A stretch of 64,000 nt of DNA, taken from IMG/VR virus record IMGVR_UViG_3300027752_001458, positions 1 to 64,000 of that record; one strand, given 5' to 3'. A program made the position numbers and the translations under genes. Source of the stretch: a virus. Within the stretch, counting starts at the first letter, position 1. The number at the start of each line of letters is the position of its first letter. The notes beneath the pieces are model-generated. The model made no database searches. It worked only from the letters and a program-made list of their open reading frames with translations, and had not been told where the DNA came from. This document shows, piece after piece, positions 9,869-21,600 of the stretch.

Positions 9869-10745
9869 ATCGTAATAGTTCCTTGCTTATTCTGTTTATT
9901 GCCCACTTGTTCATTACGTGAACATCAAGTCCTCTCCACCTACACAACATAAAGTCGCCTAAACTTTTAGGTTTCTCTAGATAAAAAATGAGTTCATTTA
10001 GTGCTGGAGCACTGTGAACGTCATCAGTATCAAATGTTTTGTATAAGTGTGGTACTGGTAGTTGTGGTATACCTTTATCTACAAACCCGCCGAGCATGTG
10101 TGCCGCTACACTAAAACTGTAGTCATTACGGTACAGTGACCCGGGCCACTTGTAAACGTCTTGATAAAATTCTCTGTTGTCTCTAACATGCTTAACAGTT
10201 TCAAACATCTGTTCTGCAAATTCTGTTTTACGAAAGTACACTACTGTGGCCCAATACATTGTTATACCTGTCGGACTTAATCTGCGTAGAGTGTCGTCAT
10301 TACGTTCTGACATTATATCTTCGTATGACCAGTTCATCATAAATTCATTTTCATGGTCCCAACAACTGTTTAACGTGTCACTTAGTATTAAGTAATCAGC
10401 GTCTATTAGTATAGTTTCGTCATAGGGCGACATATTGTATGCATCACACCTGTCCACGTTGTAGAAGGGCAACGGCTTGCTTGTATGGCTGGTATCTTTG
10501 TATAGCCTAGTATTACTACGTTTAAAGTTTTTATCTTTTTCTGTAATTACAATATTAGATATTGCATGGTGTACAAATTCTTTGCCGAGTATTTCAGTAG
10601 TGTAATCATAACTGTGTTGATTAGTTACTACTGTGATATCATGTATGCCGCAATTCTTTTTGATTAAGTATGCGTTTGTCACAGCCAACTTGAGATAATC
10701 TATCTCCTCGTTGTTGTGTGCAAACATTAAAAAGCCTTTACTCAT
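9861..10745 (-). CDS. Glycosyltransferase (GT8-like)
   Basis: YNMSPYDETILIDADYL (DxD), RNDYSFSVA; paralog of 7395..8258. Confidence 0.7.
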   Translation of the reverse strand: MSKGFLMFAHNNEEIDYLKLAVTNAYLIKKNCGIHDITVVTNQHSYDYTTEILGKEFVHHAISNIVITEKDKNFKRSNTRLYKDTSHTSKPLPFYNVDRCDAYNMSPYDETILIDADYLILSDTLNSCWDHENEFMMNWSYEDIMSERNDDTLRRLSPTGITMYWATVVYFRKTEFAEQMFETVKHVRDNREFYQDVYKWPGSLYRNDYSFSVAAHMLGGFVDKGIPQLPVPHLYKTFDTDDVHSAPALNELIFYLEKPKSLGDFMLCRWRGLDVHVMNKWAINRISKELLRYV

Positions 10746-11433
10746 TTAATAAAAACCCTCTGGTGTGTTCCCAACCTATTACAGAATATACATGCGATGG
10801 ATTTAAACGTGATGCAATTGGGAAATCGTTTCCAGCAACATCTGTACGGTCACCGTAAAATCTTATGTTGCTTATAACAGGAAAGTCTACGAGTATCTGT
10901 GATTTGTCTGAGCCTAATGGAGCAATATCGATACCTGTATCACCGCCTGGGCGAGCTTGTAATGTTGGGAACAATGCATTAAAGGTTTCAGCTATACGAT
11001 TACGCTCGGGTTGGAATATTTCGTATTCTACATATCTTGCACGTTCGTCTGTGTTAGCATTACGTCCTACCACACTAAAGTTTACCATGCCAGGTCGATG
11101 TTCAAAGTGTAAACCTGTTCTAAGGCTAAACTTGCTTTCAGTTAGTTGTACACTTAACCATGTGTGTGCATCTTCAGGCAGTATCCAATGCGATGCTCTT
11201 ATATTCGTAGAGCCCTCATAGACATCACACCCAGAGCAATTGTATACACGTTTACAACTGTTGTAAATTTCTTCGCCTACTTGCTCTAATGTTTTTGGTC
11301 TGTCACTGCCTGTAACAAGGTATACGTTATGTGTTCTAGCGAATGCCAGAAACTCTTTCTTAAACTGTGGATCTATTGTGCCTCTGCTAGGAGTTAATGT
11401 ACCATCGACATCAAAAATATATTCAAGTTTCAT
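10738..11433 (-). CDS. HAD-superfamily (IIB) phosphomannomutase-like
   Basis: FDVDGTLTPSR, VTGSD, EHRPGMVNFSVVGR, GG..GIDI, FYGDR...GNDFPI. Confidence 0.85.
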   Translation of the reverse strand: MKLEYIFDVDGTLTPSRGTIDPQFKKEFLAFARTHNVYLVTGSDRPKTLEQVGEEIYNSCKRVYNCSGCDVYEGSTNIRASHWILPEDAHTWLSVQLTESKFSLRTGLHFEHRPGMVNFSVVGRNANTDERARYVEYEIFQPERNRIAETFNALFPTLQARPGGDTGIDIAPLGSDKSQILVDFPVISNIRFYGDRTDVAGNDFPIASRLNPSHVYSVIGWEHTRGFLLNE

Positions 11434-11785
11434 CTAAATTTAAATCTATCAACTTATGTACCTTTCTGCTTTTCTTTAACTTAGTGTATTCAGCATGATA
11501 TTCATTTGTAGCTTCAAAGTACCTTGATAAAATCTCGTCTAAGAAATCGCCTAGTCCGACAATTTCGATTGGATTGTTATACACATCTAGCAATATTGCT
11601 TTGACATGCCCCTGTGTTATTAATGTCTGCACAAATGCTATAAGCTCTTGTGAGATTTCAAACGTACCACCATTAATACTAAAACTTAATAGTGTCTGGA
11701 CTTTTGCCTTTAAGGCATTGTGCTGTACATTGAGCGTGGTTCTATAATTCGCAAACTCTAATGCTTTTGATAGTTTAGTTGACAT
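11423..11785 (-). CDS. Hypothetical protein
   Basis: ORF whose ATG (11785) lies 5 nt after TAAATA. Confidence 0.7.
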   Translation of the reverse strand: MSTKLSKALEFANYRTTLNVQHNALKAKVQTLLSFSINGGTFEISQELIAFVQTLITQGHVKAILLDVYNNPIEIVGLGDFLDEILSRYFEATNEYHAEYTKLKKSRKVHKLIDLNLDET

Positions 11786-11790
11786 AAGCA

Positions 11791-11798
11791 TATTTATC
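11791..11798 (-). promoter_or_regulatory. Late promoter GATAAATA
   Basis: GATAAATA-TGCTT-ATG. Confidence 0.65.
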
Positions 11799-11802
11799 AG
11801 TC

Positions 11803-11834
11803 AAAAAAAAGCCAGTTACTGTGAACTGGCTTTT
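11803..11834 (-). terminator. Rho-independent terminator
   Basis: GCCAGTT-6 nt loop-AACTGGC hairpin followed by T8 on the minus strand, downstream of 11854..12900. Confidence 0.85.
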
Positions 11835-11853
11835 AATTATTTTAATTTAAATT

Positions 11854-12900
11854 TTATAGATTGCTTACTGCGCCGTACGTTGGTGCAGTTAAAACAACAC
11901 CGTTGTTTGCACGTTTAGTTTGGATAGTACTTGTAATAGTACCGTCTACACTATCTACATATCCCACAGTATCATCTGAGTTACCGTCAACACCATCTGC
12001 TCCGATGCCATTGCCTAGTGCGTGATCATCTCTCATTGTAACTTTAAACGTTATAACAGTTGGATTAGTAGTGCTGTTTACTTTAGCATGTAGTTGGTAG
12101 TAGTTACTTGCATAAGAACCTGAACCGTACTTGATATACATTTGTACATAGCCTGTAGTTAGTTCCATAAAGCCTTTACTAGCACTTGTACCTGTTGATC
12201 CTGAACTAACCAAGTTGTCTAAACTAAATGTCAATGTTCCCAATGCACTTAATGTACTTGTCCAGTTACTGTTCTGTGAACCAATAGTTCCTGCGGAACT
12301 GCCTGATGTTCCACCACTTCTGCTTGCTGTAAATAGTACTTCACCGCCTGCGTTAAAAAAGCCTCTACAATGAGCTTCGCTTGCGAAAGTTGCTGTAAAT
12401 TCATGTGTAATTGATGCAGTGGATGAACTACCCCAAGCCGCTGTTCTGCTTGTTGTACCGCTTGCATCAGTTGTTAAACTGCCACTTGGTACTGCATTTC
12501 TTGCATCGAACACATCTTTAACATCGTCCATCAAGTTAGACCAATCACTTGCAGTCAACGTTGAGCCTGCAGTTTTATCTGAAGCTGAAGATGAATTTAG
12601 TGAGTGTCCTAAAAATGTTGCTAAGGACTGTATTTCGTCCTGTAAGTTCTTGTAACCTGTTGTACTATTCACTGCTTGAATTGAGCTACCTGATGTAGCG
12701 TTTAAACTACCAACAGATTGATTATAACCGTAGTTACTGCTGGCGGCGTAAGACCCAACTGTTGTATCTGCCGGCGTGCCTAGCTGTCTGTATACATTAG
12801 CTACCATGTTGTTGTAATCTGCGATACCAATTTGGTCGCCGGCTACTACCTGCACCATGTTAATTCCGCCTGTTACTGTTAGTGTTGATCCACTTGCCAT
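11854..12900 (-). CDS. Virion structural protein (tail/fibre associated)
   Basis: G/S/T-rich, contains FFNAGG, has its own late promoter, an AGGAG RBS and a terminator. Confidence 0.6.
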   Translation of the reverse strand: MASGSTLTVTGGINMVQVVAGDQIGIADYNNMVANVYRQLGTPADTTVGSYAASSNYGYNQSVGSLNATSGSSIQAVNSTTGYKNLQDEIQSLATFLGHSLNSSSASDKTAGSTLTASDWSNLMDDVKDVFDARNAVPSGSLTTDASGTTSRTAAWGSSSTASITHEFTATFASEAHCRGFFNAGGEVLFTASRSGGTSGSSAGTIGSQNSNWTSTLSALGTLTFSLDNLVSSGSTGTSASKGFMELTTGYVQMYIKYGSGSYASNYYQLHAKVNSTTNPTVITFKVTMRDDHALGNGIGADGVDGNSDDTVGYVDSVDGTITSTIQTKRANNGVVLTAPTYGAVSNL

Positions 12901-12937
12901 TGTTTTCTCCTACAATACAATATTATGTTATTACTAC

Positions 12938-12945
12938 TATTTACC
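12938..12945 (-). promoter_or_regulatory. Late promoter GGTAAATA
   Basis: TAAATA-GTAGT-A upstream of 11854..12900. Confidence 0.55.
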
Positions 12946-14934
12946 TTATTTAACGCCAATTACCGCTTCTACTACGCCCTGCCCTTCAGAAGTTTTATCT
13001 TCTAAAGACCTGCCTATGATTGCTTGTAATGGAGTGTCATCATTTGCCGCACAAGCAATGCCTGATACGTCACTTGATGTTAATCGTTGACCTTTATTAA
13101 CAAGTCCAATTACGTTAACTGGAACTCGTCCTGCTAATGCTACTGGAATACCTGTTGCGCCACTGTTCATTAAGTATGCTGGGGTAGTAGAAACTACACC
13201 AAATACTTCAGTGTCTTCAGGTCCTGTAGTCTGTGTTATTTCAGCGTCACCGCCAATCTTAACAACTGTGCCTGCATCATAGTCAACATCGGATGAATAT
13301 ATCTCAGCCAAATCCGCAAACTGTGCCGAGGTTGCTGTACCGTTAAAGTGATCGCCTGCTACGTTACCTGAGAACGTTGCTGTTACACCACCAGTTAAAT
13401 TACCTGAAGTAATAGTTGCTGTACCATCTGTTAATGATCCACCTGTTACTGCACCACTAAACGTTGCGGCTACACCACCAGTTATAGTACCTGATGTACT
13501 AGATAGTGATCCGTCAGTTACCGTTCCACCTGAAACAGTACCACTTAGTGTTGCGTCAACACCACTGAATGTTGAACTGTGTACAGTGCCGACCTTAGTG
13601 CCTGCGTTACCAATGTTAATGCTGTTGTCTGTAACTAGTATATCACTACCAAACGTCTTGTTTGATACTGTTGCTACACCAGTTGTCGTAATAACTGCAT
13701 CGCCACTAACATCAACAACAATATTACCTGTTGTTGGATTTCTTAAGTCTCCGTAGAAGCCTAAGTTATTTGTCCACACATTGCCTTCGTTAACGATTAC
13801 ATTAGATGCCCAAACTTCGTCAATTGCCGCTGTGTTAGAACCAAAGGTTTCAATGTTTAGACCACTAATAGTACCGCCATTAGCAAGTGTAATATTGGAT
13901 ACATAAATGTTATCAATAGGAGCATCACTTTCACCAATGTCTAAAACAACACTAGTTGATCCACCTGTCTTTGCTTTCTTAATATATTGTGCTGTTGCAG
14001 ATGCTGGGTTACCAATAAAGATAGTGTCAGTATGTACTTCACTAAATCTAGAACCTGCCGCACCCAATGTTTCGTTATCAGTTGTTGTAGGTACATAACT
14101 TTTGCCAGAGTGTATGATTATGTTAGCATCAATTTCACCTGCGCCTGTTAAGATAGCATTTGCTCTGTCAGCCTGTGTTGCCACGTTTGCTAATGCAATA
14201 GCTGTCGATGCATATTTTGTTCTAAGGTTCATACCTGGTTTAATAGTATCACCGATACCATCTGAATCTGTCATTTGTGCATACATGTTTGTATCAGCTA
14301 AACCTTCAATCTTCCATGATGTGTTAGCCTGTACAGTAAATGATGCATGGTCACTGAATATAGCCATAATGCTTTCACCACCAGTGAAACCTGCTAATCC
14401 GTTGCTACCGTCATTCACATACATAAGTGCCATAACTGAATGGAAAATTCCATCTTCGCCTGGTACATACATTGATCTAAGTCTAGTACCGTAAGAGCTT
14501 GGACTACCTACGTTAGATACTCCGCTGTACTCGTTAGATACTTTACCTGCATAAGATGAATCTACAAAAGTAGTTCCATTATGCACTTTTAATTTATCGT
14601 CTACTGTATCATAGTAAGCAGTTCCTGAAGCTACACCGCCGCTTGGTGCCGCCGCCGATACTGTAATACTTTGCCTTTGCCATCCTGTGCCGTCATAAAC
14701 TCTCATCACGTCTTCTGTCTTATCATACCAAATCTGACCTTCTAAAGGAATATCAGGAGTTGGTGCTGATGTACTGGCAAAGTTTTCTAAATGTCTTATT
14801 GAGTTTTGAACAAAATATTGTCCATATCCCGATACATTTCTACCGACCAGTGCAACGCTGAAAGAAGAGTTAACCTGACTAGCGGCTACGTTGATGGTCT
14901 TCGAACCATCTGTATTTTGTACTGAATAAGTCAT
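12946..14934 (-). CDS. Tail fibre protein with C-terminal chaperone/peptidase G2-like domain
   Basis: N-terminal LENFA..P..GQIWYD motif, G/T-rich repeats, C-terminal ADLAEIY...PVALAGRVPV. Confidence 0.7.
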   Translation of the reverse strand: MTYSVQNTDGSKTINVAASQVNSSFSVALVGRNVSGYGQYFVQNSIRHLENFASTSAPTPDIPLEGQIWYDKTEDVMRVYDGTGWQRQSITVSAAAPSGGVASGTAYYDTVDDKLKVHNGTTFVDSSYAGKVSNEYSGVSNVGSPSSYGTRLRSMYVPGEDGIFHSVMALMYVNDGSNGLAGFTGGESIMAIFSDHASFTVQANTSWKIEGLADTNMYAQMTDSDGIGDTIKPGMNLRTKYASTAIALANVATQADRANAILTGAGEIDANIIIHSGKSYVPTTTDNETLGAAGSRFSEVHTDTIFIGNPASATAQYIKKAKTGGSTSVVLDIGESDAPIDNIYVSNITLANGGTISGLNIETFGSNTAAIDEVWASNVIVNEGNVWTNNLGFYGDLRNPTTGNIVVDVSGDAVITTTGVATVSNKTFGSDILVTDNSINIGNAGTKVGTVHSSTFSGVDATLSGTVSGGTVTDGSLSSTSGTITGGVAATFSGAVTGGSLTDGTATITSGNLTGGVTATFSGNVAGDHFNGTATSAQFADLAEIYSSDVDYDAGTVVKIGGDAEITQTTGPEDTEVFGVVSTTPAYLMNSGATGIPVALAGRVPVNVIGLVNKGQRLTSSDVSGIACAANDDTPLQAIIGRSLEDKTSEGQGVVEAVIGVK

Positions 14935-14950
14935 TTGTTTTTATCCTCTA

Positions 14951-15574
14951 TTAATTTAACTGTACTCTGACAGTATATATTATTTCAATTGTTCTGTTTG
15001 CACTCTTTTGAACTGGGTGAAATATTACATGTGTTAGCAACTTAGCATCCGTTGGATCTGTTGCGTAACTTAGTAAACCTAGTTCGTCAAAAACATAAGT
15101 ACCTTCGTTAGTAGTGCTACTATCGAAGTCGTCCTGTCCGGCAGGTTGATTATAACCTAACGTACAAGTAATTTTTAAATCTGTAAAACTGGTGCCAGTG
15201 ATTACTTCAATCTTATCTGTTGTTGTGTTGTTACTTACTACTTTCTCATAAGTTCTACTATACAACGTTGCACTGTTTTCGTATGATTCACTTACTCTTG
15301 GTGCTTTGTAAATTACTTTACCAGCAGAGTCAACTGATGTTGCTCCGTTACCGAAAGCCATAAAGTGAATGTATGCACCTGCTTGGTTAGTAAGTGCGTT
15401 CGCAATCATGTTTGCCATGTTGCCGTAGTGGATGGCGTTTCTCTTATTAATAAGTTCTTCGCCGGTATCTACATCTCTAATCAGGATGTGTCCTGACATT
15501 TTAATACCTGCTGATTCATCTACTGGTTTGGCATTTTTCATGTCGTCCTCAACTTTTTCATTGCTATCGTTCAT
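14951..15574 (-). CDS. Baseplate structural protein
   Basis: GHILIRD..NAIH..FDELGL..HVIFHPVQKS; lies between the giant wedge gene and the fibre gene. Start is ATG 15574 or 15541. Confidence 0.6.
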   Translation of the reverse strand: MNDSNEKVEDDMKNAKPVDESAGIKMSGHILIRDVDTGEELINKRNAIHYGNMANMIANALTNQAGAYIHFMAFGNGATSVDSAGKVIYKAPRVSESYENSATLYSRTYEKVVSNNTTTDKIEVITGTSFTDLKITCTLGYNQPAGQDDFDSSTTNEGTYVFDELGLLSYATDPTDAKLLTHVIFHPVQKSANRTIEIIYTVRVQLN

Positions 15575-15579
15575 ATTCT

Positions 15580-15611
15580 TATTTATCACTTTTCATTATA
15601 TATTGTTTTAA
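15580..15611 (-). promoter_or_regulatory. Late promoter GATAAATA plus upstream 16-bp palindrome-like box
   Basis: TTAAAACAATATATAA-N8-GATAAATA-N5-ATG. Confidence 0.6.
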
Positions 15612-15624
15612 TTCTTACTCTTTT

Positions 15625-18600
15625 CTACTCAAAATTGTGTAAAAAGTCAATTATACTCACATTCGATTTTAGAACAGTACCTTTGTCAGTAATACTACCT
15701 GCTTCCTTAACTGTCTTATTGCCTGAGTCCCAACCATTAACTTCATCTTCGTCAAATAGTGGCCAATTTAATACTGAATTATTATTTCCGCCAGGTCTAC
15801 CAGTTGGATTAAACGTGCCCGAACCATCCCACGAACTATCAAAGCCATATGTAATATTATCTGTATCACCGTCATACGTTACGTTTGCATAGTTTACATT
15901 AGCACTGGTTACTGTTAAGTTACCACTGCCGTCCCAATCATCATCAAACGGAATTGTGTCATCGAATATCTCAACTGGTTTAATCCAGTTAAAGTCTTCA
16001 GGGTCTCTAACTAATAGCCCGTTTGCATCACGTAATCTAATGTTCTCAGATTCTTCTCCGTTATACACTTCAGCGCCAACTGGTATAATAGTATTAGGTG
16101 TTGTGCCTTTAGTGCCTCTAATAATACCTGATATACTCTTCGTTGCTAAGTTCTTGTTCTCATATTCTATTCTTTCACCGTTAATCCAAATAACTGATCT
16201 ATCTTGCTTAGTAGCATTTGGAATCTTAGTAACATCAGCAAACATAATTTCAGTATCCCAAATTGCTAATGGGCTAGTTACTGTAGTTAGTGGTGTAATA
16301 TTACGTCTGTAATACTCTGTTTGACCAAACATATCCATGAACACCATGAAGCGTACATCAGTACTGTCTGTACTAATTTGCGTGTTACCTTGTGTCATAA
16401 CATCCATTACTAATGTTTCTAGTGGCTGTACAACTATAAGTTCTTCTGGTCTGTCAGGACCGTACTGCGACTTGAGGAACGTTACAGAATCAAATCCGTA
16501 TACTGTCTCATCGTCAACTCTGTAATTAACATTGCCTTGTGAATCTTCACTAAACACACCTACAAAGTTATTAACTTCAACTTCTCTGTCAAACAATCCA
16601 TCATCCCAAGTATTAGCATCGAATCCTCTAGTATCAGTATAGTGTGTTGTAGGATGCGTTCCAGGAACAACATCAGTAAATATGTTTCCGTCTAACTCTT
16701 GTCCTTGGAATGTTGCATGTACTTTACTCTTCACTAAGTTAAGTGCTGTAGTAAGGTTACCACTGCTAACCATTTCTGAGACTACACTAATGTTAGTTGT
16801 TATAGAAGTGTTAGAGCTTGCACCTACGCCGTATGCTAAATCAAATGCATTTGTTACTGCTGTACGCACACTTGGATTAAACTTCCATAAACGTTCTGGT
16901 GCTGTCCACTGTAGCGAAGTATTTGAAATAGATGTATTAGAAGCAGTTTCTATTGCAACAATGTTCTTAGCAATAGACACATTCATAGTTTCTAATGTAG
17001 GATCAAATCCGTCAATATATTTAACTTCAATTTTATCACCGTTGCCAGGTAAGCCCACAGCATTGTTAACACCTGCTTCATCTGTAAACGATATAAATGC
17101 ATTACCAACGTCAACTAGATAGTTTGTTACTGTTGTATTAGCACTGGTCGATGTCTTATCAATCTTCCTGCCGTTTACAAAAATCTCTAATCTATCCGAA
17201 TCCTGTACTTCAAAGTTTAAGTTGAATACTGATGTTGTTCCGTCTGCAACAATAGTTTGTACACTACCGCCAGTTGTATTTTCATACAATGCGCCTTTAA
17301 CTCTGTCAAACACAATAGTCTGATCCATACTTCTTATCTTAGAAGGAGTATTGCTAAAGCCAGTATAGTCTTTATCTGTAGACAGTGTCAACGCATCTGC
17401 TGGCACATTCTTGTCTAAGATCCTTACAGCCTTTAAGCCTTCATCGTAGAACGGAGGTCTATCAAAGTCTGACGTACTGCCTGACATTATTTCTACAGGT
17501 GCTTTCTTAATATCACTGTAGTTTCTAATCTTACTACTGTAAGGCTTAACTTCGTTAAAGTATTCAACCGCTTTATCAAAGTTATCAATCTTGAATCCTT
17601 TGAATGGTACAAGGTCAGTTTCTTCTTTTACAATTTTCAAGTAAGTTGTTTTAAATGCATAATCTAATTCGCCTTGTTCTGCGTATGCGTATTTCAACAT
17701 TTCAAAGAAGAACTTGTTCCAATGTGCGGAGTATGTATTAACAAATACGTTACTGTAAAGTGCATTTAATATTAACCTTACTTCTTTACCTATTGCCAGA
17801 CTTTGTCCTGAACTGTGTACAGTGTTAGTCCAACGTACAGTTTCATTTTCCATTGCAATTAATGTAAATTTATCAGTCTTCTTACTGTACTCGTATAATG
17901 TATATCTAGCACTGTCGTCTTTTTGTACTTGGATAATACTCTTGTCTAATACATTTTTCAGTAGTCCAAACTGTTTTGTATCTGCAACTTTCCTCAATGG
18001 CTTATATGTGTTGTCGTAATACACTGTAGAATTATTTGTTTTATCTATTCTTATCTGCTCGTACCAGTTAACTCTTTCTAAGAGTGCGTAATCAGTTGGT
18101 AAATTATCTCTCCAATCTAAGAACGTTGTTTCCATTTGCAGTTGTCTAAATATATCATTAAGAATAACAAACATTTGCTTTCTTGCTTTCTTAATATCTT
18201 TAAACATTGTTTGTCTAGGTCTAAACTTAGAGCCGTATCTTTCGGATACACTTAGTCCTGAGCCCGGTACTGCTTGATCCAATCCGTTATATCCTGCTAA
18301 ACTATCAATAAGTTTCATGCTTAGGTTATTTGGTATAGTACCGTCTCTGTCGCCTTCGCCTGCTAATGTCCAACTAGTATGCTTCTGAGCATTTTCGTTT
18401 TCCTTGCGTTTGAAGTTTACACTTAAAATGCTGTCGTCTGTTCTAATTAACGAGCCCATTGTGTTAACAACCATTGCGTCAGGTGAAATAATACCGGAGT
18501 ATGCAACTCTTTCTGAATCTATGTCTTGTAATAATCTTGTTAATTCTAGTGTGCTTCTCTCTTTCTGGAAGTTAACTCTAGCCATATCTGAAACTATTGA

Positions 18601-21600
18601 CAAGTCGCTCTGCCAGAAGTAGTAATACGTTTTCGGTTTACCGTTTTTATCTGCATGTGTCTCAGTAATAAAGTTATCTGTATTACTAGGAGCAGTGAGG
18701 CTTTCAACCCATTCGTTAATTACAACTCTACTACCTGGGAACATCTCTCCCCAATTTTGTGAACGCTCGTAGTTATTGTAGCCAGTCGAACTGTAAGTGC
18801 CTGGTCCTTGCTCATACCATGTATAACGTAATGTGGACGTATCCCACCATCTAAGACCTACATCTTTTCTTCCGTATTTTACTTTACGTGGATCGTAAAC
18901 AACAGGATCTCTTTCAGTTCGGAAGTCAATTTCCTTGCCAATGAATCCAGGTAGTATACCTTTGAACGGATCGTATAAGTCTATATCAAATTCTTTCTCT
19001 GCACTATCTTCATCGTATGTAAATACATCTCTAATGAACTTAGTGTCTACTAATTTTTCTTGTTGTCTAATAACTGTACCGCTTTCTAAATAAGCCCACT
19101 TGTTTGTATTTTGATAGTTATCAACCCACACATTGCTCAAGCTCGTTACATTGACCTTAACAGTTCCATTTGCATTTAAATCGTTACTAATACGCTGACT
19201 TTGTAATGCATAAGGGTTAACATGTATAGCTGAAACATCACTTGCTGTAATGCTAATAGGTGATGCGCCATCTAATCTTCTTAGTTCATATTTGTACAGT
19301 TGTCCGGATTGTACTAGGTCACCAATTGCTGTACCAATAGCAAACGGGCTTCTGCTTTGGAATCTAATTGCTTTACCACTGTCAGGTCCGCCAGTTTTGG
19401 TTCCGTCACTTGCTCCTGCGCCTACTCCAAAGCCTCCACCAGTGCCGTCACCTGCTCCACCGCCGCCTGCAGTGCCGCCTGTGCCAGGTTGAGTACCGTC
19501 TTCGTTGAAACCGTCACCGACACTTGCTCCGCCACTGACTACATCAATAGCTGGTGGTATCTCAGGAATATACGCACCCGAGTCAATATTCATACTCTCT
19601 AGTAGTCCTGGGAAACTGCCTTCTAATTCAATGCCGTCACCAGCTTCTGTACCTAGACGTAGCCCAGGTATAACACCACTGTCATCTACACTAGCTGTAA
19701 AGTATGGCATGCCATTTGGATCTTTTTGACTGTTAGCGTTAATAGAGTCTACCATGTTCTGTAAGAAACTGCCTGGATCCTGTGCGCCTTCTTGTAAGCC
19801 CATGTCCTGGATTGCTGTGCCTTTTTGTCTACAGTCGCCGATCAGTCTTCCTGTTAGGAATACACGACCACCTGTTCCTGATCCTCTTGATGTATTACTA
19901 ATTGAAGAGAACGTTTGGTCACCTGGTTTAGTACCTGTTGCGTTTTTAGTAACGTGGTATTCTAATGGAACACCTGAGTTAAGATCACCAGGGAATGTTT
20001 GGTACAAGCCTCTGTGTAGTACTGCTAAGTCTATAATAGCACCGTCATCGTCTACATCTGTTACTCTAAATACTGCAACTTCTTCTTTACTACTTGGCTT
20101 TTCATTTGCCCAAACTACTTGTCCAACTGCGTCTGCACCTGAACCTATAATGTTAATTGTTGGTGGATTGTTAAATACATATCCTGTACCTATTAGCTGT
20201 GAACCGTCATTGGCTGTTACAGCCTGAAGTCCCATAAACTGTCTAAGTCCGTCAGTAAATGCTACACCTACTAATGCGCCAGTATTGGCATCAACTGTGA
20301 TATGGTCTGCGTCAAACTCGAATCCGTATCCACTAGTGCCTGCTCCGCCCACTGTAATTCTTATACTACCGTCTGCTTGATAAAGTCCAGTAGCCTTATC
20401 TAGTTTGCCGTATCCACGTCCGCCTCTAGTAAACTGTATGCCTGCTATTGACATGCCGTCACCTGCAAAACCTGTGTTACTTTGTTGTGATACCGCTACA
20501 CCACCTACTGCTCTTAATATGTCGCCTCTTCTATAACCAGTGCCGTTATGACCTTGTGTTATAGTTGAAGGTTGATTTCTGTCTTTACGTTGCTGTGCAC
20601 CAATTGTATTACTAATATAATCAGTACCAGTTGCGGTAGTTGAAACACTACCTACTTCTGAATCTGCTGTGTTGGCGTCTGAGTCAGTGTCTGCTAGTAC
20701 TTTAGTGTTCACCGTATTTGTATTTGTTCTAGTGCCTGCTAATGTGGTTGTTTCACTGAATGCAACATTCAGTTTGTTGTTAACAGTATAGTCGAGTACT
20801 TCTTTTAATATGCCGCCTTTACAACCGTTTCTCAGAATTGGTACATCTGGAGTGTTGTCTCTCATTAATATTTGTAGACATTTAACACCGTCTTCTGTTA
20901 TAATAGTAGCATCAATCTGGTCACCCATTACTTGTTGTACTCTAGCCTTCATAGCCTCTACACCAGTAATGCCGGACGTTGATATCTGCTTGTCGTTAAT
21001 CCAAAACGTATCACCGTCTCTTAAATTGTATTGTGAGTGGTCAGTTGCAACTGCGCCTGAGCCTGCTGTACTTGCTCCATCCTTTCCAGGTATCCATGTG
21101 TTACTAGAACATAACTTAATCTTTGGCTTCATGCAATATTTGTTTAATTCGACATCCATTGATGCTTGGCTTCCGCCTGCAATAAGTGGCTGGTACAAAC
21201 CTGTAATAGTTTTCTTTAACAATTTAATTGTCATAAACCTTGCTTTAGGCTTCTCAGGATTTGACTGAGGGTTAAACGTATCATTAGTCGGGATCGGACT
21301 GTTAGTTTTACCACTGAATGTTCCGTCTTGTGCCACAAACGATGGTCTGCCATCTAGTGGACGTAATGGTCTTTCAGCGGAGTTAGTAAAGTTTACTGGG
21401 CCTGCTTTAATACTGCCTTTGTAAAATGACTCCTGGTTATCAAAACGCTTAACACTGTTAGACTGCCCTGTTTGTCTTATGTTGGGCTTAGTGCCTAGTC
21501 CTGCACTGTTGCCGACATGATTAATATTTATTCCACCAAAGTTGTTTCCACCGACGCCAGTAAATTGATACTGTTGAGCTGGACTGGTAGCAACAAGATT

